A DNA stretch of 64,000 nucleotides from contig CAYGCQ010000002.1 in NCBI GenBank assembly GCA_964348455.1, positions 16,121 to 80,120 of the forward strand. Reading direction: 5' to 3'. The first letter of the stretch is position 1. Each line of letters starts with the position of its first letter. Below the pieces are notes generated by a model. The model saw only the letters and a list, made by a program, of their open reading frames with translations, did no database searches and was not told the origin of the DNA. The DNA comes from an uncultured Pseudomonadales bacterium. GTDB taxonomy: Bacteria > Patescibacteriota > Microgenomatia > UBA1400 > MFAQ01. Position numbers and translations under genes: made by a program. Shown in pieces: positions 1-9,022 of the stretch.

Positions 1-16
1 GCATAGAGAGCGTCTA

Positions 17-652
17 TTGCGGGCCAAATTATGGCATGAAACCGGAAATAAAATTAATCACATAAAGATAGAAGAAAATAGTGTTGAAGAACACTTTGAA
101 GCCAATTGGGGAAAATATAATGAAATCTACCGCGCTGAAGTTGACATGTGGTGGATGGCCTTTAAGGAACGCCAAGAACTGACTGTAGTAGAGTCTAATG
201 ATGGAAATAAAACATTTGTTCTGGATATCGACAATTTGGCAATCGGCAAACCTGAAGATACTTTTTATTTCTACCAACTAAAACCATGTTGGGCAGTAAT
301 GGTAGACTTGGAAACTGAGGATAACAAAAAACTACGAGTGGGATATCACCAGGGTGGACTACTAAATGTTTTTAGAGATATTAGAGATGTTGATATACAA
401 GCACTTGTCGATATTCTCGAAGAAGAAGGAAAAATTCAAAAAATCACAATATTTTATAACGGTTCGATTCAACAAGATACGGATATAGAGGCGACTAAAA
501 AAGCCACACCCAAGGAGATTCCACTGACGATACATGATATGCGTAAGGTGAAAGGTGGAGGAACCCAAGATTTATTTGTGACCGGGGACACCGCCGAAAT
601 GTATCACAACGAAGGCAGTAAACGGGTGTACTCCGGGAAATTAAATCTATAA
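17..652 (+). CDS. hypothetical protein; the reading frame is open back to window position 2, so the 5' end may lie upstream of the window (track start is a TTG)
   Basis: Long ORF (211 aa) with no recognisable motifs; no in-frame ATG until residue ~44; no stop between position 2 and 17 in this frame. Confidence 0.4.
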   Translation: MRAKLWHETGNKINHIKIEENSVEEHFEANWGKYNEIYRAEVDMWWMAFKERQELTVVESNDGNKTFVLDIDNLAIGKPEDTFYFYQLKPCWAVMVDLETEDNKKLRVGYHQGGLLNVFRDIRDVDIQALVDILEEEGKIQKITIFYNGSIQQDTDIEATKKATPKEIPLTIHDMRKVKGGGTQDLFVTGDTAEMYHNEGSKRVYSGKLNL

Positions 653-909
653 AAGCTTCTTCAAGTACTCTTTCAACTTCTGAAACGCAATCTTCCTCAT
701 ACTTATCTCATTCTTCTCTTCTGGCATCATCTCGGCAAAAGTTTTATTCCATCCCGCAGGCTGAAATATCGGATTAAACCGAGATGATATCCTATATAGT
801 TGAAATTCCTTCACACTTGTAGCAATGTGTGGCATATTCGCGCCGAACATTCAAGAGGAGAATGATTGATCTCCATAACCAAGATCTCAGAGATTAGTTT
901 GTAAATATT

Positions 910-938
910 CACCCTGCTATTTAGTAGGGTGTTTTTTT
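910..938 (+). terminator. Rho-independent terminator-like hairpin (caccctgctatttagtagggtg) followed by a T7 run
   Basis: Perfect 8-bp stem and T-run read directly from the sequence. Confidence 0.45.
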
Positions 939-946
939 ATTCGAAA

Positions 947-1417
947 CTAATTTAGAACCACTATCGCCAGATTAAGTAGAGTTGCAAAGCTCACCCACAA
1001 TATATAAGGCACTAGAAGCCAAAAAGCGGTTTTTGAAATCGGATAAAACTTTTTCATCGTCATCAGTATCAAGACCCACATTACTACTATAGTAATAAGT
1101 CCGAGCACTGGTGCCCTCAAGCCAAAGAAAATTGGCGACCAAATAAAGTTAACGGCCAGCTGCGCCAAGAAAAATTGAATGGCTATTCTTACCCTTTTCT
1201 TTTTTTGGTCCTGAATCCATATAAGGTAAACAGCTACCCCCATCAGAAAATATAGCGTCGTCCAAGCCGGTCCAAAGAGCCAATTGGGTGGGGCAAAAAA
1301 GGGTTTTGTTAGATACGCATACCAGTCACTTATCGCGGAAATAGTGAATGGTGTGGAAAGAATTCCCACCAACTCACAACCAATCACCGAAATCAAAAGT
1401 TTTTGCCAATTCTTCAT
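947..1417 (-). CDS. tspO: TspO/MBR family tryptophan-rich sensory protein
   Basis: 156 aa, 5 TM helices, Trp/Pro-rich motifs (LFGPAWTTLY, WSPIFFG) typical of TspO. Confidence 0.8.
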   Translation of the reverse strand: MKNWQKLLISVIGCELVGILSTPFTISAISDWYAYLTKPFFAPPNWLFGPAWTTLYFLMGVAVYLIWIQDQKKKRVRIAIQFFLAQLAVNFIWSPIFFGLRAPVLGLITIVVMWVLILMTMKKFYPISKTAFWLLVPYILWVSFATLLNLAIVVLN

Positions 1418-1451
1418 ATACAGTTAGTATAGAAAAAAATTCTACTAATGT

Positions 1452-1691
1452 CTAAAAATTCTTATCTTCGGGGGGAAAAGGATCATTTCCTGGAGGAACA
1501 GTATCACTGTCTCTAAACTTTCCATCTTCACCTTGAATTCTCACTTCTCCACCCCCAGAGTTAGCGCAAAAAATCTTTGCAGCTTTCTCAGCTTCTTCTT
1601 GTGTTTCACAGTGCTGACTACTTCTCCCTGCATTGTCTTGCTTTACTTCCCATCCACCGTGCGGGTTGCTGACCACATTGTAGTTTGCCAT
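1452..1691 (-). CDS. DUF2188 family small protein
   Basis: 79 aa; GGWEVK...HCETQEEAEKAAK...EVRIQGEDGKFRDSDT matches the DUF2188 pattern. Confidence 0.6.
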   Translation of the reverse strand: MANYNVVSNPHGGWEVKQDNAGRSSQHCETQEEAEKAAKIFCANSGGGEVRIQGEDGKFRDSDTVPPGNDPFPPEDKNF

Positions 1692-1755
1692 ACAGTAGCA
1701 TGTAATAAATAATACTAATCTTATACTATCCGGAAAAACATCGCAACGCTAAAGA

Positions 1756-4755
1756 CTACTCCTCTTCAGTGTTTATCCTCGCCGGCACACCATTCGGCCA
1801 GCAATGATCTTTGAACTCACAATTGGCACAGGTAGAGTACTTCGTCGTTCTCTCAAATTTTAATTCCCTTATCTCGCCCACTTTTTCTTTAATTACATTC
1901 TTTAATTCTTCTACCTCTTCATCTGTAATATTAAAGTGTTCTCTTTTAAAGACCCCACTCTTATCCGGCTCAATAAAATCAATTACGGACTGAACTACTT
2001 TGTATTTAAAAGATTTATCTAGCTCAGCCAGTAGGGTATAGAAGACGAGTTGTCGCTTGTAATCCCCATCAGAGCTCTTTGTGTTTCCCTCAATTTCATT
2101 TCGGCTCTTAGGGTTACCCGTCTTGTAGTCTGTAAACCTGACATGCTTTTCCCCCTTATTTGTTTCGTCTACTCTGTCTGCTTTTCCGGATAGGGGAATA
2201 TCTCCAAGTAAGGCCGCTGAGGACAGGGAGTTGCCGAAATTCTTTTCAGTAAAAAGACTTGGTTCAAACTCTTTTTCATAACGGTCATAATATGCGGACA
2301 AAACTTCTCTCCCATGTTCCAGCCGGGATTTAAACTCTGCATCTGTTAGGACCTCTTTCTTTAATGCCGCTTCGAAGTCACGGATAAATTCATTTTTAGT
2401 TTCCAATTTTCTACCGTTATTAATTCCCAGATAAAGTCCTTCCAGGGCAAAGTGGACCGCTGTTCCAAAACACATGGGTGGCGCTTTTGCTCTCGGAATT
2501 TTATAAAGATTGTCCAGCTTAAATTTATAAGCGCATTTCAGAAAAGTATTTAATGCCGTCGGACTTAATTTAAAGTTTTTTATCAAATCCACCAGATACT
2601 CCCTTTCTCCATCGTGGATAATCGGAGTCGCAGGAGCTTTCATCAGAGAGGCCAGTATTTTTTCTGCCCTTTTTTCCAGTCCGGAGGTTTTTATTTTCTT
2701 AATCGTTTCTTTTATTAAGTCAGATAAGAAGAGTGACGGATAAGCCATCTTTACCGAAGAGCTGTACTTGGTCGACCCTACTATGTATAGCTGTTGCTTG
2801 GCTCTGGTCATAGCTACATAAAAAAGCCTTCTCTCCTCCGCATTTTTATCCTCTTTACTTATATCCTGCTCATTTATTATCCCCGGCGGTAGTTTAATCA
2901 TCTGCCGTCTGCCCGAGTTACCCCAGTGCGTGTCAGCAAAGCGATAGATGTATACCAATCTCCATTCCAAACCTTTTGCTTTATGAGCAGTTGTCAGTGT
3001 CACTGCTTTTATGTCCGACACCAAAGTCTGCTCAGGCAGTTTAAGTCCGTGTTCCTCCATTACTCCGAGATTAAAAACATAGCCAAACAAATCCAGTCCA
3101 GATATCGATGCCGCTTGCGCCTTCGTATCTTCATATAGAGTTCCAAAGCGATTTAGTTCAATGATTGGCTGAGGCAGGGCCAGGATGTGATTTAGTAGGC
3201 CGGACTCTTGAAATATTATTTGGAACATTTCCGGCAAAGTATGTGAGGCAGACCTACTATTCCAGGAAACAAGCTGACTAAACTTCTCAATTAAATATCC
3301 ATCCAGTTCCGGATGAGCGTCCTGTAAACTATCCACCAGAGTTTCTCGCCTCTCGTATGCATATCTGGCCGCGCGAAGTATTGAGAGAGGTTTAATTCCT
3401 AAATATGGGTAATTTAATACAGTAAAGAGATCAATGTCATTTACCGGTCCGGACAACTCGGTCACTACTTTGAGAATTTTCAAAAACTGAGAAACTAAGG
3501 GGGTTTTTAGTACATCCGTCCCACCCTCCAACCTGTATGGAATATTTTTTTGTTTGAAGAGATTTATCAAATTATCAATATCTCTATTCTCTTTCACAAT
3601 TACCGCAATCTCTTCCGCCGGTACTCCCGCATTCAGCTTTTGCTTGATAGATCTACAAACAAATTCATCTTCCAGAATAGAAGAACTAAACTTCGCCGTC
3701 TTCACAGGCACATCTCTGAACTTTACATGTGGACTTAGTTCGTCCTCTCCCAACAGTCCAGCCGAAGATTTTAGAAGCGTCGGTGTTGAGCGGTAATTGT
3801 CCATCAGTTTTACCCGATTATGTTTTGGAAATCTTTTTACAAACTCCAGCAAGTTTTCTTTACTGGCTCCTTGAAAACGGTAGATACTTTGATTCGGATC
3901 TCCCACACAAAAGATGTTGGCATTCTCACCCCAGAAAGAGGCTAGAGCAAATACCAATCGATTCTGTGCCGAGTTTGTATCCTGATACTCATCCACCAGA
4001 ATGTACTGGAAATTTTCCTGATACTTGAGAAGAAAATCGGGGTCATTTTCAAAGGCTTCTACTACCCAGTTGATCATATCTTCAAAATCAAATCGTCCAA
4101 TTTCTTTTAATTTATCTTGGTACTTTTCATAGATAAAAAGCAGATCCACGTTCTTGAGTACTAGAGTCTCTTTTTCTCCTCGAGCCGTCTTTGACATCTC
4201 ATCTTTTTCGATTTCAAACTCATCTCGTAGAATTGACACTAGCTCAGCATATTTCTTTAGTGTTATTCCTTCTCGCTTGAGCGTTGAGATATTTCCGATA
4301 ATATCTCGGACATACATCATAGGTGCATTTACCGGCTTTAGCTTTTGGAAAGAATTTTTATCTAAAATTTCCGAAATAATACCAACTCTTTCTAGCTCCG
4401 TTACATTTTGCATTCCCGATGGTCTGGAGAATCTCTCCGGATTATCGCTAATTATTTCATTACACAATGCATGGAAGGTGCCAATTTTTACGAAGTAGCC
4501 TTCTTGACCAATCAAGTTAATCAGCCTTTCTTTCATCTCTCTTGCCGCCGCCTCTGTAAAAGTAAGGGCCAAGATAGAAGAAGCATCTGTGTCTGTCTGT
4601 TTCAGAATATTGGCGATTCTCACTGTCAGAACCTGAGTCTTTCCAGTCCCCGGCCCGGCCAGCACCATCACCGGCCCCTCGATACTATCAACCGCTTGTT
4701 TCTGTGTCGGATTTAATCTTTGATACGCGCTTTCATACGCTGCTGTAACTGCCAT
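1756..4755 (-). CDS. UvrD/PcrA-family SF1 helicase fused to a C-terminal Cas4/AddB-type PD-(D/E)XK nuclease with a 4-Cys Fe-S cluster
   Basis: N-terminal Walker A LAGPGTGKTQVL and UvrD motifs (VDEYQDTN). C-terminal part has Cys...GxxxH, GKADRVD...DYKTG, QxxxY and a terminal C-x2-C-x5-C (CANCEFKDHC). Confidence 0.8.
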   Translation of the reverse strand: MAVTAAYESAYQRLNPTQKQAVDSIEGPVMVLAGPGTGKTQVLTVRIANILKQTDTDASSILALTFTEAAAREMKERLINLIGQEGYFVKIGTFHALCNEIISDNPERFSRPSGMQNVTELERVGIISEILDKNSFQKLKPVNAPMMYVRDIIGNISTLKREGITLKKYAELVSILRDEFEIEKDEMSKTARGEKETLVLKNVDLLFIYEKYQDKLKEIGRFDFEDMINWVVEAFENDPDFLLKYQENFQYILVDEYQDTNSAQNRLVFALASFWGENANIFCVGDPNQSIYRFQGASKENLLEFVKRFPKHNRVKLMDNYRSTPTLLKSSAGLLGEDELSPHVKFRDVPVKTAKFSSSILEDEFVCRSIKQKLNAGVPAEEIAVIVKENRDIDNLINLFKQKNIPYRLEGGTDVLKTPLVSQFLKILKVVTELSGPVNDIDLFTVLNYPYLGIKPLSILRAARYAYERRETLVDSLQDAHPELDGYLIEKFSQLVSWNSRSASHTLPEMFQIIFQESGLLNHILALPQPIIELNRFGTLYEDTKAQAASISGLDLFGYVFNLGVMEEHGLKLPEQTLVSDIKAVTLTTAHKAKGLEWRLVYIYRFADTHWGNSGRRQMIKLPPGIINEQDISKEDKNAEERRLFYVAMTRAKQQLYIVGSTKYSSSVKMAYPSLFLSDLIKETIKKIKTSGLEKRAEKILASLMKAPATPIIHDGEREYLVDLIKNFKLSPTALNTFLKCAYKFKLDNLYKIPRAKAPPMCFGTAVHFALEGLYLGINNGRKLETKNEFIRDFEAALKKEVLTDAEFKSRLEHGREVLSAYYDRYEKEFEPSLFTEKNFGNSLSSAALLGDIPLSGKADRVDETNKGEKHVRFTDYKTGNPKSRNEIEGNTKSSDGDYKRQLVFYTLLAELDKSFKYKVVQSVIDFIEPDKSGVFKREHFNITDEEVEELKNVIKEKVGEIRELKFERTTKYSTCANCEFKDHCWPNGVPARINTEEE

Positions 4756-4810
4756 GTGTCTAATTGTATCCCGAAAAAAGTCACATCATCCCACTATCTG
4801 AATGATTAAA

Positions 4811-5236
4811 TCATTTTTCCTTCTTGTAGACAGCCATCATACCCACACCTTGGACAAAGTCAAAGACAGTCGCCAGGAGAAGTCCTACCCACCAAGCCGA
4901 AATTCCAAGACCAAACTGCTCGGAAAATCTGGATATCACCCAAATAGCGACAAAGTTTACGGCGAGATAACCTATCATCCAGTGTTGGGTAGTAAGAACT
5001 TTTCCCATCATGGCTTGTTTCCATTCAAACAATGGCACCGCCAAAGTTCCAATCAGAGAAAGCATCAGCATGCTATGGAAAATTGCCCATCCAAAACTAA
5101 AGCTCATGGTTCCCAGAACTACTTGGCTTGGAAACATCACTCCTGCTAAATAAATCACGATACTGTTCAAAATCATCTGAACAAAAAATGTCGCAGCTAG
5201 TTGGCTACCGGTAGATGTGGGAAGATGTTCTTTCAT
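4811..5236 (-). CDS. small polytopic membrane protein (4 predicted TM helices), function unknown
   Basis: Hydrophobic helices throughout the 141-aa ORF; longer than the overlapping antisense ORF 4802..5149. Confidence 0.5.
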   Translation of the reverse strand: MKEHLPTSTGSQLAATFFVQMILNSIVIYLAGVMFPSQVVLGTMSFSFGWAIFHSMLMLSLIGTLAVPLFEWKQAMMGKVLTTQHWMIGYLAVNFVAIWVISRFSEQFGLGISAWWVGLLLATVFDFVQGVGMMAVYKKEK

Positions 5237-5327
5237 TTGTTATAAAAATTACTAACAATTTTAGTCTATCATTTTTATCAAACACTATCAAAAAAACCGG
5301 GTGCTCATGACACCCGGTAATACTAAA

Positions 5328-6008
5328 CTATGGAAATATAACCTCTTTATGAGCCAGTTCCATCGCTATCTTTGCTCGCTCGATACCCGCTAAAAATTTT
5401 TCGGGAACACCACGGGGAAACATAAAGTTCACCGAACTCGGACGAAACCACTTTAGGTGATAGGTGTCCAGCCATCTACCACTTCTATAATCATCTACCG
5501 GCTCCTCACCCCAGACGGTGTATCCGACACGTTCCAAGGCCCTCCGTGAGGCTTCGTTCACCACCCTTACTGTACTTCTTATAGTGAACCGATTCAGAAA
5601 ATCCGCTGCAAACAACGTCCGTCCCAGATGAGCCGCCGATGCCACCCCTTTTCCCCACCACTTAGGCTCCCAGATAATAATCCCTGAAACACAGGTGTTT
5701 TCCCTGTTGTTTATGTGGTGAAGGCCAGTGACTCCAATGGGATCTTCAGAATCATTTGGTTGAATTAGCCATAAACAATGGTCCGGATCCTGTCTACGCT
5801 TCTCATACCACTCGGTTTCATTCTCCAAAGTCTGAGCAAACAAGCCTTTAGTGTATGCATGGACCTTCATCGAAGAAAAGTGTTTTACTAGCTCGGGCAG
5901 ATCTGCTTTCGAGGGAGCTCTCAGCCGAACATTTACCCCATTATGGTCAATATCCATCGTTACTCCAAACATTTTGGCCTCCATAAAATAAAAGTACCGG
6001 CTAGGCAC
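5328..6008 (-). CDS. GNAT-family N-acetyltransferase (RimJ/RimL-like)
   Basis: 226 aa; acetyl-CoA binding-like WGKGVASAA and ...RRALERVGY... typical of Acetyltransf_3 proteins. Confidence 0.6.
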   Translation of the reverse strand: MPSRYFYFMEAKMFGVTMDIDHNGVNVRLRAPSKADLPELVKHFSSMKVHAYTKGLFAQTLENETEWYEKRRQDPDHCLWLIQPNDSEDPIGVTGLHHINNRENTCVSGIIIWEPKWWGKGVASAAHLGRTLFAADFLNRFTIRSTVRVVNEASRRALERVGYTVWGEEPVDDYRSGRWLDTYHLKWFRPSSVNFMFPRGVPEKFLAGIERAKIAMELAHKEVIFP

Positions 6009-6065
6009 AGCTACTCATGAGATAGTTTTGTTTAGCCGGCTAAAACTCCAATTGGAAGGGGAAAA

Positions 6066-6087
6066 ACGAAAAAAACCTCCGATTGGA
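6066..6087 (-). terminator. minus-strand terminator-like hairpin (cctccaatcggagg + T7) with no gene upstream of it on that strand
   Basis: Read from sequence: aaaaaaacctccgattggagg on the plus strand. Confidence 0.35.
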
Positions 6088-6130
6088 GGCTTAATCCGCA
6101 AAACAAGCTTGCTTATGCCTCCAGATAGGT

Positions 6131-6155
6131 GCCAAAATCAGCACCTTTTTCAAGG
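6131..6155 (+). terminator. plus-strand terminator-like hairpin (aggtgc-caaaatca-gcacct + T5)
   Basis: 6-bp stem and T-run; together with 6066..6087 forms a convergent orphan terminator pair. Confidence 0.35.
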
Positions 6156-6225
6156 GTATATTCAGGACACATAACACAAATTCTTCGTATCATACATTTA
6201 TTTTATCATACTATGAGCTAAATTC

Positions 6226-6268
6226 GTGTATAATCATCCACAGAAGAACATTTCCAATTTTTAGGAGG
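6226..6268 (+). promoter_or_regulatory. extended -10 promoter (TGTATAAT) and AGGAGG ribosome-binding site for the GTG-start ORF at 6273
   Basis: tgtataat at 6226-6233; aggagg at 6263-6268, 4 nt before GTG 6273. Confidence 0.4.
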
Positions 6269-6272
6269 CACT

Positions 6273-6896
6273 GTGGTCGATGAAAGGGTATTTTTAAGTG
6301 GAATAGAAGCAATTGCAAGAGGGGAATCATCTCTGGAAATTTGGCAGGTCATGAATCTTGCTGAAAAATTACAGATTGAGAACTTCAGATTTGGCTACTT
6401 ACCCGATTCGGGCATTGTTTCCGGCAAGATTATCGATCGCAAAACAGCCATTTTTCGTTTCTCAGAGGCGCTTTGGGGCATCAAGCCGGAAGGCTGGCTG
6501 GGCATGGAGCAACAGTGGCTCTACTCAGCCAGAATGAAGTCGGGAAGTGAAGAAACATCAGGAAAAGATAGTCTCAATGATATCGTTTCTGCAGAGCTTC
6601 TGCTAAGATTTTTGGCTCTGATTAAATTCATCGATAGTCTTTCAGACCAAGAAGAAAGTGATGAGATTGCTGATGAAGCCATGATTGCCTTCAATACTTA
6701 TCTTCGAGAAGTTCTTGGAAAAGGTAGAACTCGAATAAGTCGTTTTGGTAATCAGTCAATTTACGCAACACTCAAGAATGCTGGCATAATGATCGGCTCC
6801 ATCGGAGGTAAATACTTGCCTAATCCTGAAGTTGCCTTCCCCCAACTTGTGTCTATGTTGACTTGGGAAAAGATCTCTCCGGAAGCATATCTCTAG
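6273..6896 (+). CDS. hypothetical protein (GTG start)
   Basis: 207-aa ORF with a strong SD; no recognisable domain. Confidence 0.5.
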   Translation: MVDERVFLSGIEAIARGESSLEIWQVMNLAEKLQIENFRFGYLPDSGIVSGKIIDRKTAIFRFSEALWGIKPEGWLGMEQQWLYSARMKSGSEETSGKDSLNDIVSAELLLRFLALIKFIDSLSDQEESDEIADEAMIAFNTYLREVLGKGRTRISRFGNQSIYATLKNAGIMIGSIGGKYLPNPEVAFPQLVSMLTWEKISPEAYL

Positions 6897-6905
6897 TATC
6901 AAAGC

Positions 6906-6930
6906 CCCGCTCAATCGAGCGGGTTTTTTT
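6906..6930 (+). terminator. Rho-independent terminator (ccgctc-aatc-gagcgg + T7)
   Basis: Perfect 6-bp stem with a tetraloop immediately after the stop of 6273..6896. Confidence 0.6.
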
Positions 6931-7999
6931 ATCTCTTATTCCCAAAGGCAGGCGAGACAGCGAAGGGAATTTCTTCCCAATCTCTCACTTTTCTGATCTT
7001 TGTATTTTTTGCCCACACGCAGTCAAGAATTTTAGTGTCAACTCCTTTGCTCTTTGCCATCCCTCTTAGAGCCAGAAGATCTTTCGGAAAACATTTTCCT
7101 CCAAATCCCTTCAGTGTTGTGACATCCATGTGTCCATCCAAAATTCTTTTATCTGCCACCACCATCTTTTTTACTTCTTCGTATTTAATATCTAATTTAT
7201 CGCAAATCTCAGACATTTCATTGGCAAAAGTTACCTTAGTTGCCAAGAAACAGTTCGCCATATACTTCACCATCTCGGCCGACGTCGGATCGGTTTGAAA
7301 GATTGGTGCTAGAGGTAGCACTGCCTGATACATCGCCGAGACTCTGCGAGACACCTGATCATTAGTCGCTCCAATTACAATCCGGTCTGCGTTTACAAAG
7401 TCCTGAAGAAACGATGCTTCCCGCAAAAACTCCGGATTAAAGCAAAACAAGCTTTGCGGATATTTCTTGGCATATCCAGCGGTTGTTCCCGGAACAACAG
7501 TTGACTTGATAATAATAATTTTATCTGTACCTTTGGTGAGCTTAGCTAGTTCTTTCACACTCTGGTCCATGATGGATAGGTCTATGCCGGACTCATCTTC
7601 TCGAATGGGGGTAGGTAAGCAAACAAAAATATAGTCTGACTTGTCTATCACTTCAGATAAAGATTCAAAATCTTTATATTTATCATAAATATGCACCTCT
7701 TGATTCGAAAACCCGTACTCAACTGCTTGCCCTACAAAACCGTATCCGATAATTCCAACACGAAAAGTTCTCTTTGACTTAAGGTTTGCTGACTGAGTAA
7801 TCGGCATAATACCTCTAGCTCCTGAATTCTGCTGTAATCTTTCTTTGTCAATCAGAGACTTTACATACTGGTGAATCGTCGGCACACTTTTCTTAAACTT
7901 CTTAGCTATCTCATCGAGGGTGGGGGAGAATTGATTGTCTCGGTAATAATCTTCGATGTACTCGAGAACTAGTTTTTGTTTTGGGGTTATACCTAACAT
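6929..7999 (-). CDS. LexA-like N-terminal winged-helix DNA-binding domain fused to a truncated UDP-glucose/GDP-mannose 6-dehydrogenase-like domain (NAD-binding Rossmann fold plus catalytic-Cys region; no UDP-sugar-binding C-terminal domain)
   Basis: N-terminus MLGITPKQKLVLEYIEDYY...PTLDEIAKKF...VKSL..KERL...RGI follows the LexA DBD pattern. Then GIIGYGFVGQAV (GxGxxG) and GFGGKCFPKD (the UDPGDH catalytic Cys motif). Total 356 aa, about 100 aa shorter than full UDPGDH. Confidence 0.65.
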   Translation of the reverse strand: MLGITPKQKLVLEYIEDYYRDNQFSPTLDEIAKKFKKSVPTIHQYVKSLIDKERLQQNSGARGIMPITQSANLKSKRTFRVGIIGYGFVGQAVEYGFSNQEVHIYDKYKDFESLSEVIDKSDYIFVCLPTPIREDESGIDLSIMDQSVKELAKLTKGTDKIIIIKSTVVPGTTAGYAKKYPQSLFCFNPEFLREASFLQDFVNADRIVIGATNDQVSRRVSAMYQAVLPLAPIFQTDPTSAEMVKYMANCFLATKVTFANEMSEICDKLDIKYEEVKKMVVADKRILDGHMDVTTLKGFGGKCFPKDLLALRGMAKSKGVDTKILDCVWAKNTKIRKVRDWEEIPFAVSPAFGNKR

Positions 8000-8000
8000 A

Positions 8001-8040
8001 TTACTAATTTATTACTAATAAAATAATAATATTACTAAAA
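8001..8040 (-). promoter_or_regulatory. three copies of a 9-bp near-palindrome ATTAGTAAT (ATTA-N-TAAT) immediately upstream of the LexA-like gene start; candidate auto-operator
   Basis: ttactaatttattactaataaaataataatattactaaaa begins 2 nt upstream of the start codon (minus strand). Confidence 0.35.
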
Positions 8041-8193
8041 CATAATGAAGTCAACACCTCTGCTTTCTACGCAACAGTTCGAACCGGGGGCTTTTGTGAA
8101 GCCAAAAAATTCCAGACAAATACTGCCACTGAAATCCAATAAATATATTTACGAGGGGTAAGTCTTCTTCTCACTTAAACTGGATTATAAACT

Positions 8194-8994
8194 TTATCTA
8201 AATGGTCCTCTGAGCTCTTCCGGTAAATTCCTAGACACCTGATACATAGACTCTACTGCTGCTAGATTCGTAGTTTCCGCCGTAATAAAAAAAGGTTTTC
8301 CTACTACTACCCCAATCTCTCTCTCGTCTCCCCAAACAGCCACTGGTACTGTCGGAATACCCATCCTTGAAGCCAGCATCGCCATTTTTCCCGACCCGTC
8401 ATGATATGTGTGTACAGGAGAAACAGTCCCATTTATTTCCACATGACCTTCCGGAGAAATTGCCACGATATTATTATCTTTAAAAGATCTCATCATTTTT
8501 CTAACTGCCACCGTTCGACCGGTCAAGAAATCTTTTCTGTTTTCCGCTGTCGGTACCGAAATAATATTATTGGAATACATGCCATGAAACCTTTCCAATA
8601 GCCAGACAGATCCCGGCATTGCCGTTTTTTCGTTAAAGTTTTTTGTTGTCAAAGGAATTTCGGATCCCATCGCAAGCCGTACCTGTTTTTGGTTCGATTC
8701 AAAAATACTTACAAAAAGCTCCAGCATGGCAGGTAGCAAAACCTCCATGTTTGGATGATTAAAAACAATTAAGCAACCACTGTCTGTCGGAATATTTTCA
8801 ACTCCCCGCAAATTTACTTTGGAATGCTTTTCTAGTTCTACTAAAAGCTTCTCGGCATCTTCGACCATATCTCTTCCGTTTTCTCCCGTCACAATTCCCC
8901 ACATTAGTTCTCTGAGCAGTCCTGCTCGATAAAAAGAGGCGGCGATTCTGGGAAGTCGGGATAACTCCGGAGATAGTGGCATCTGATTTATCAT
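8194..8994 (-). CDS. lysophospholipid acyltransferase (PlsC/LPLAT)-like protein
   Basis: ISPEGHVE (FPEGTR-like) and IPTVPVAVWG blocks; the HX4D motif is imperfect (FNHPNME). Confidence 0.35.
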   Translation of the reverse strand: MINQMPLSPELSRLPRIAASFYRAGLLRELMWGIVTGENGRDMVEDAEKLLVELEKHSKVNLRGVENIPTDSGCLIVFNHPNMEVLLPAMLELFVSIFESNQKQVRLAMGSEIPLTTKNFNEKTAMPGSVWLLERFHGMYSNNIISVPTAENRKDFLTGRTVAVRKMMRSFKDNNIVAISPEGHVEINGTVSPVHTYHDGSGKMAMLASRMGIPTVPVAVWGDEREIGVVVGKPFFITAETTNLAAVESMYQVSRNLPEELRGPFR

Positions 8995-9022
8995 AGCAAT
9001 TTCTTATTGCTATAGTTAATTT

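Noticed and set aside
1811-4716. Plus-strand ORFs 1811..1993, 2926..3138, 3550..3738, 3554..3796, 3729..4028, 4154..4498, 4408..4716
   Set aside because: All lie antisense within the 999-aa helicase-nuclease gene, have low-complexity translations and no motifs; treated as spurious.
8041-8120. gttcgaaccggggg motif resembling a tRNA T-arm
   Set aside because: Flanking sequence does not form T-stem, acceptor or anticodon arms on either strand.
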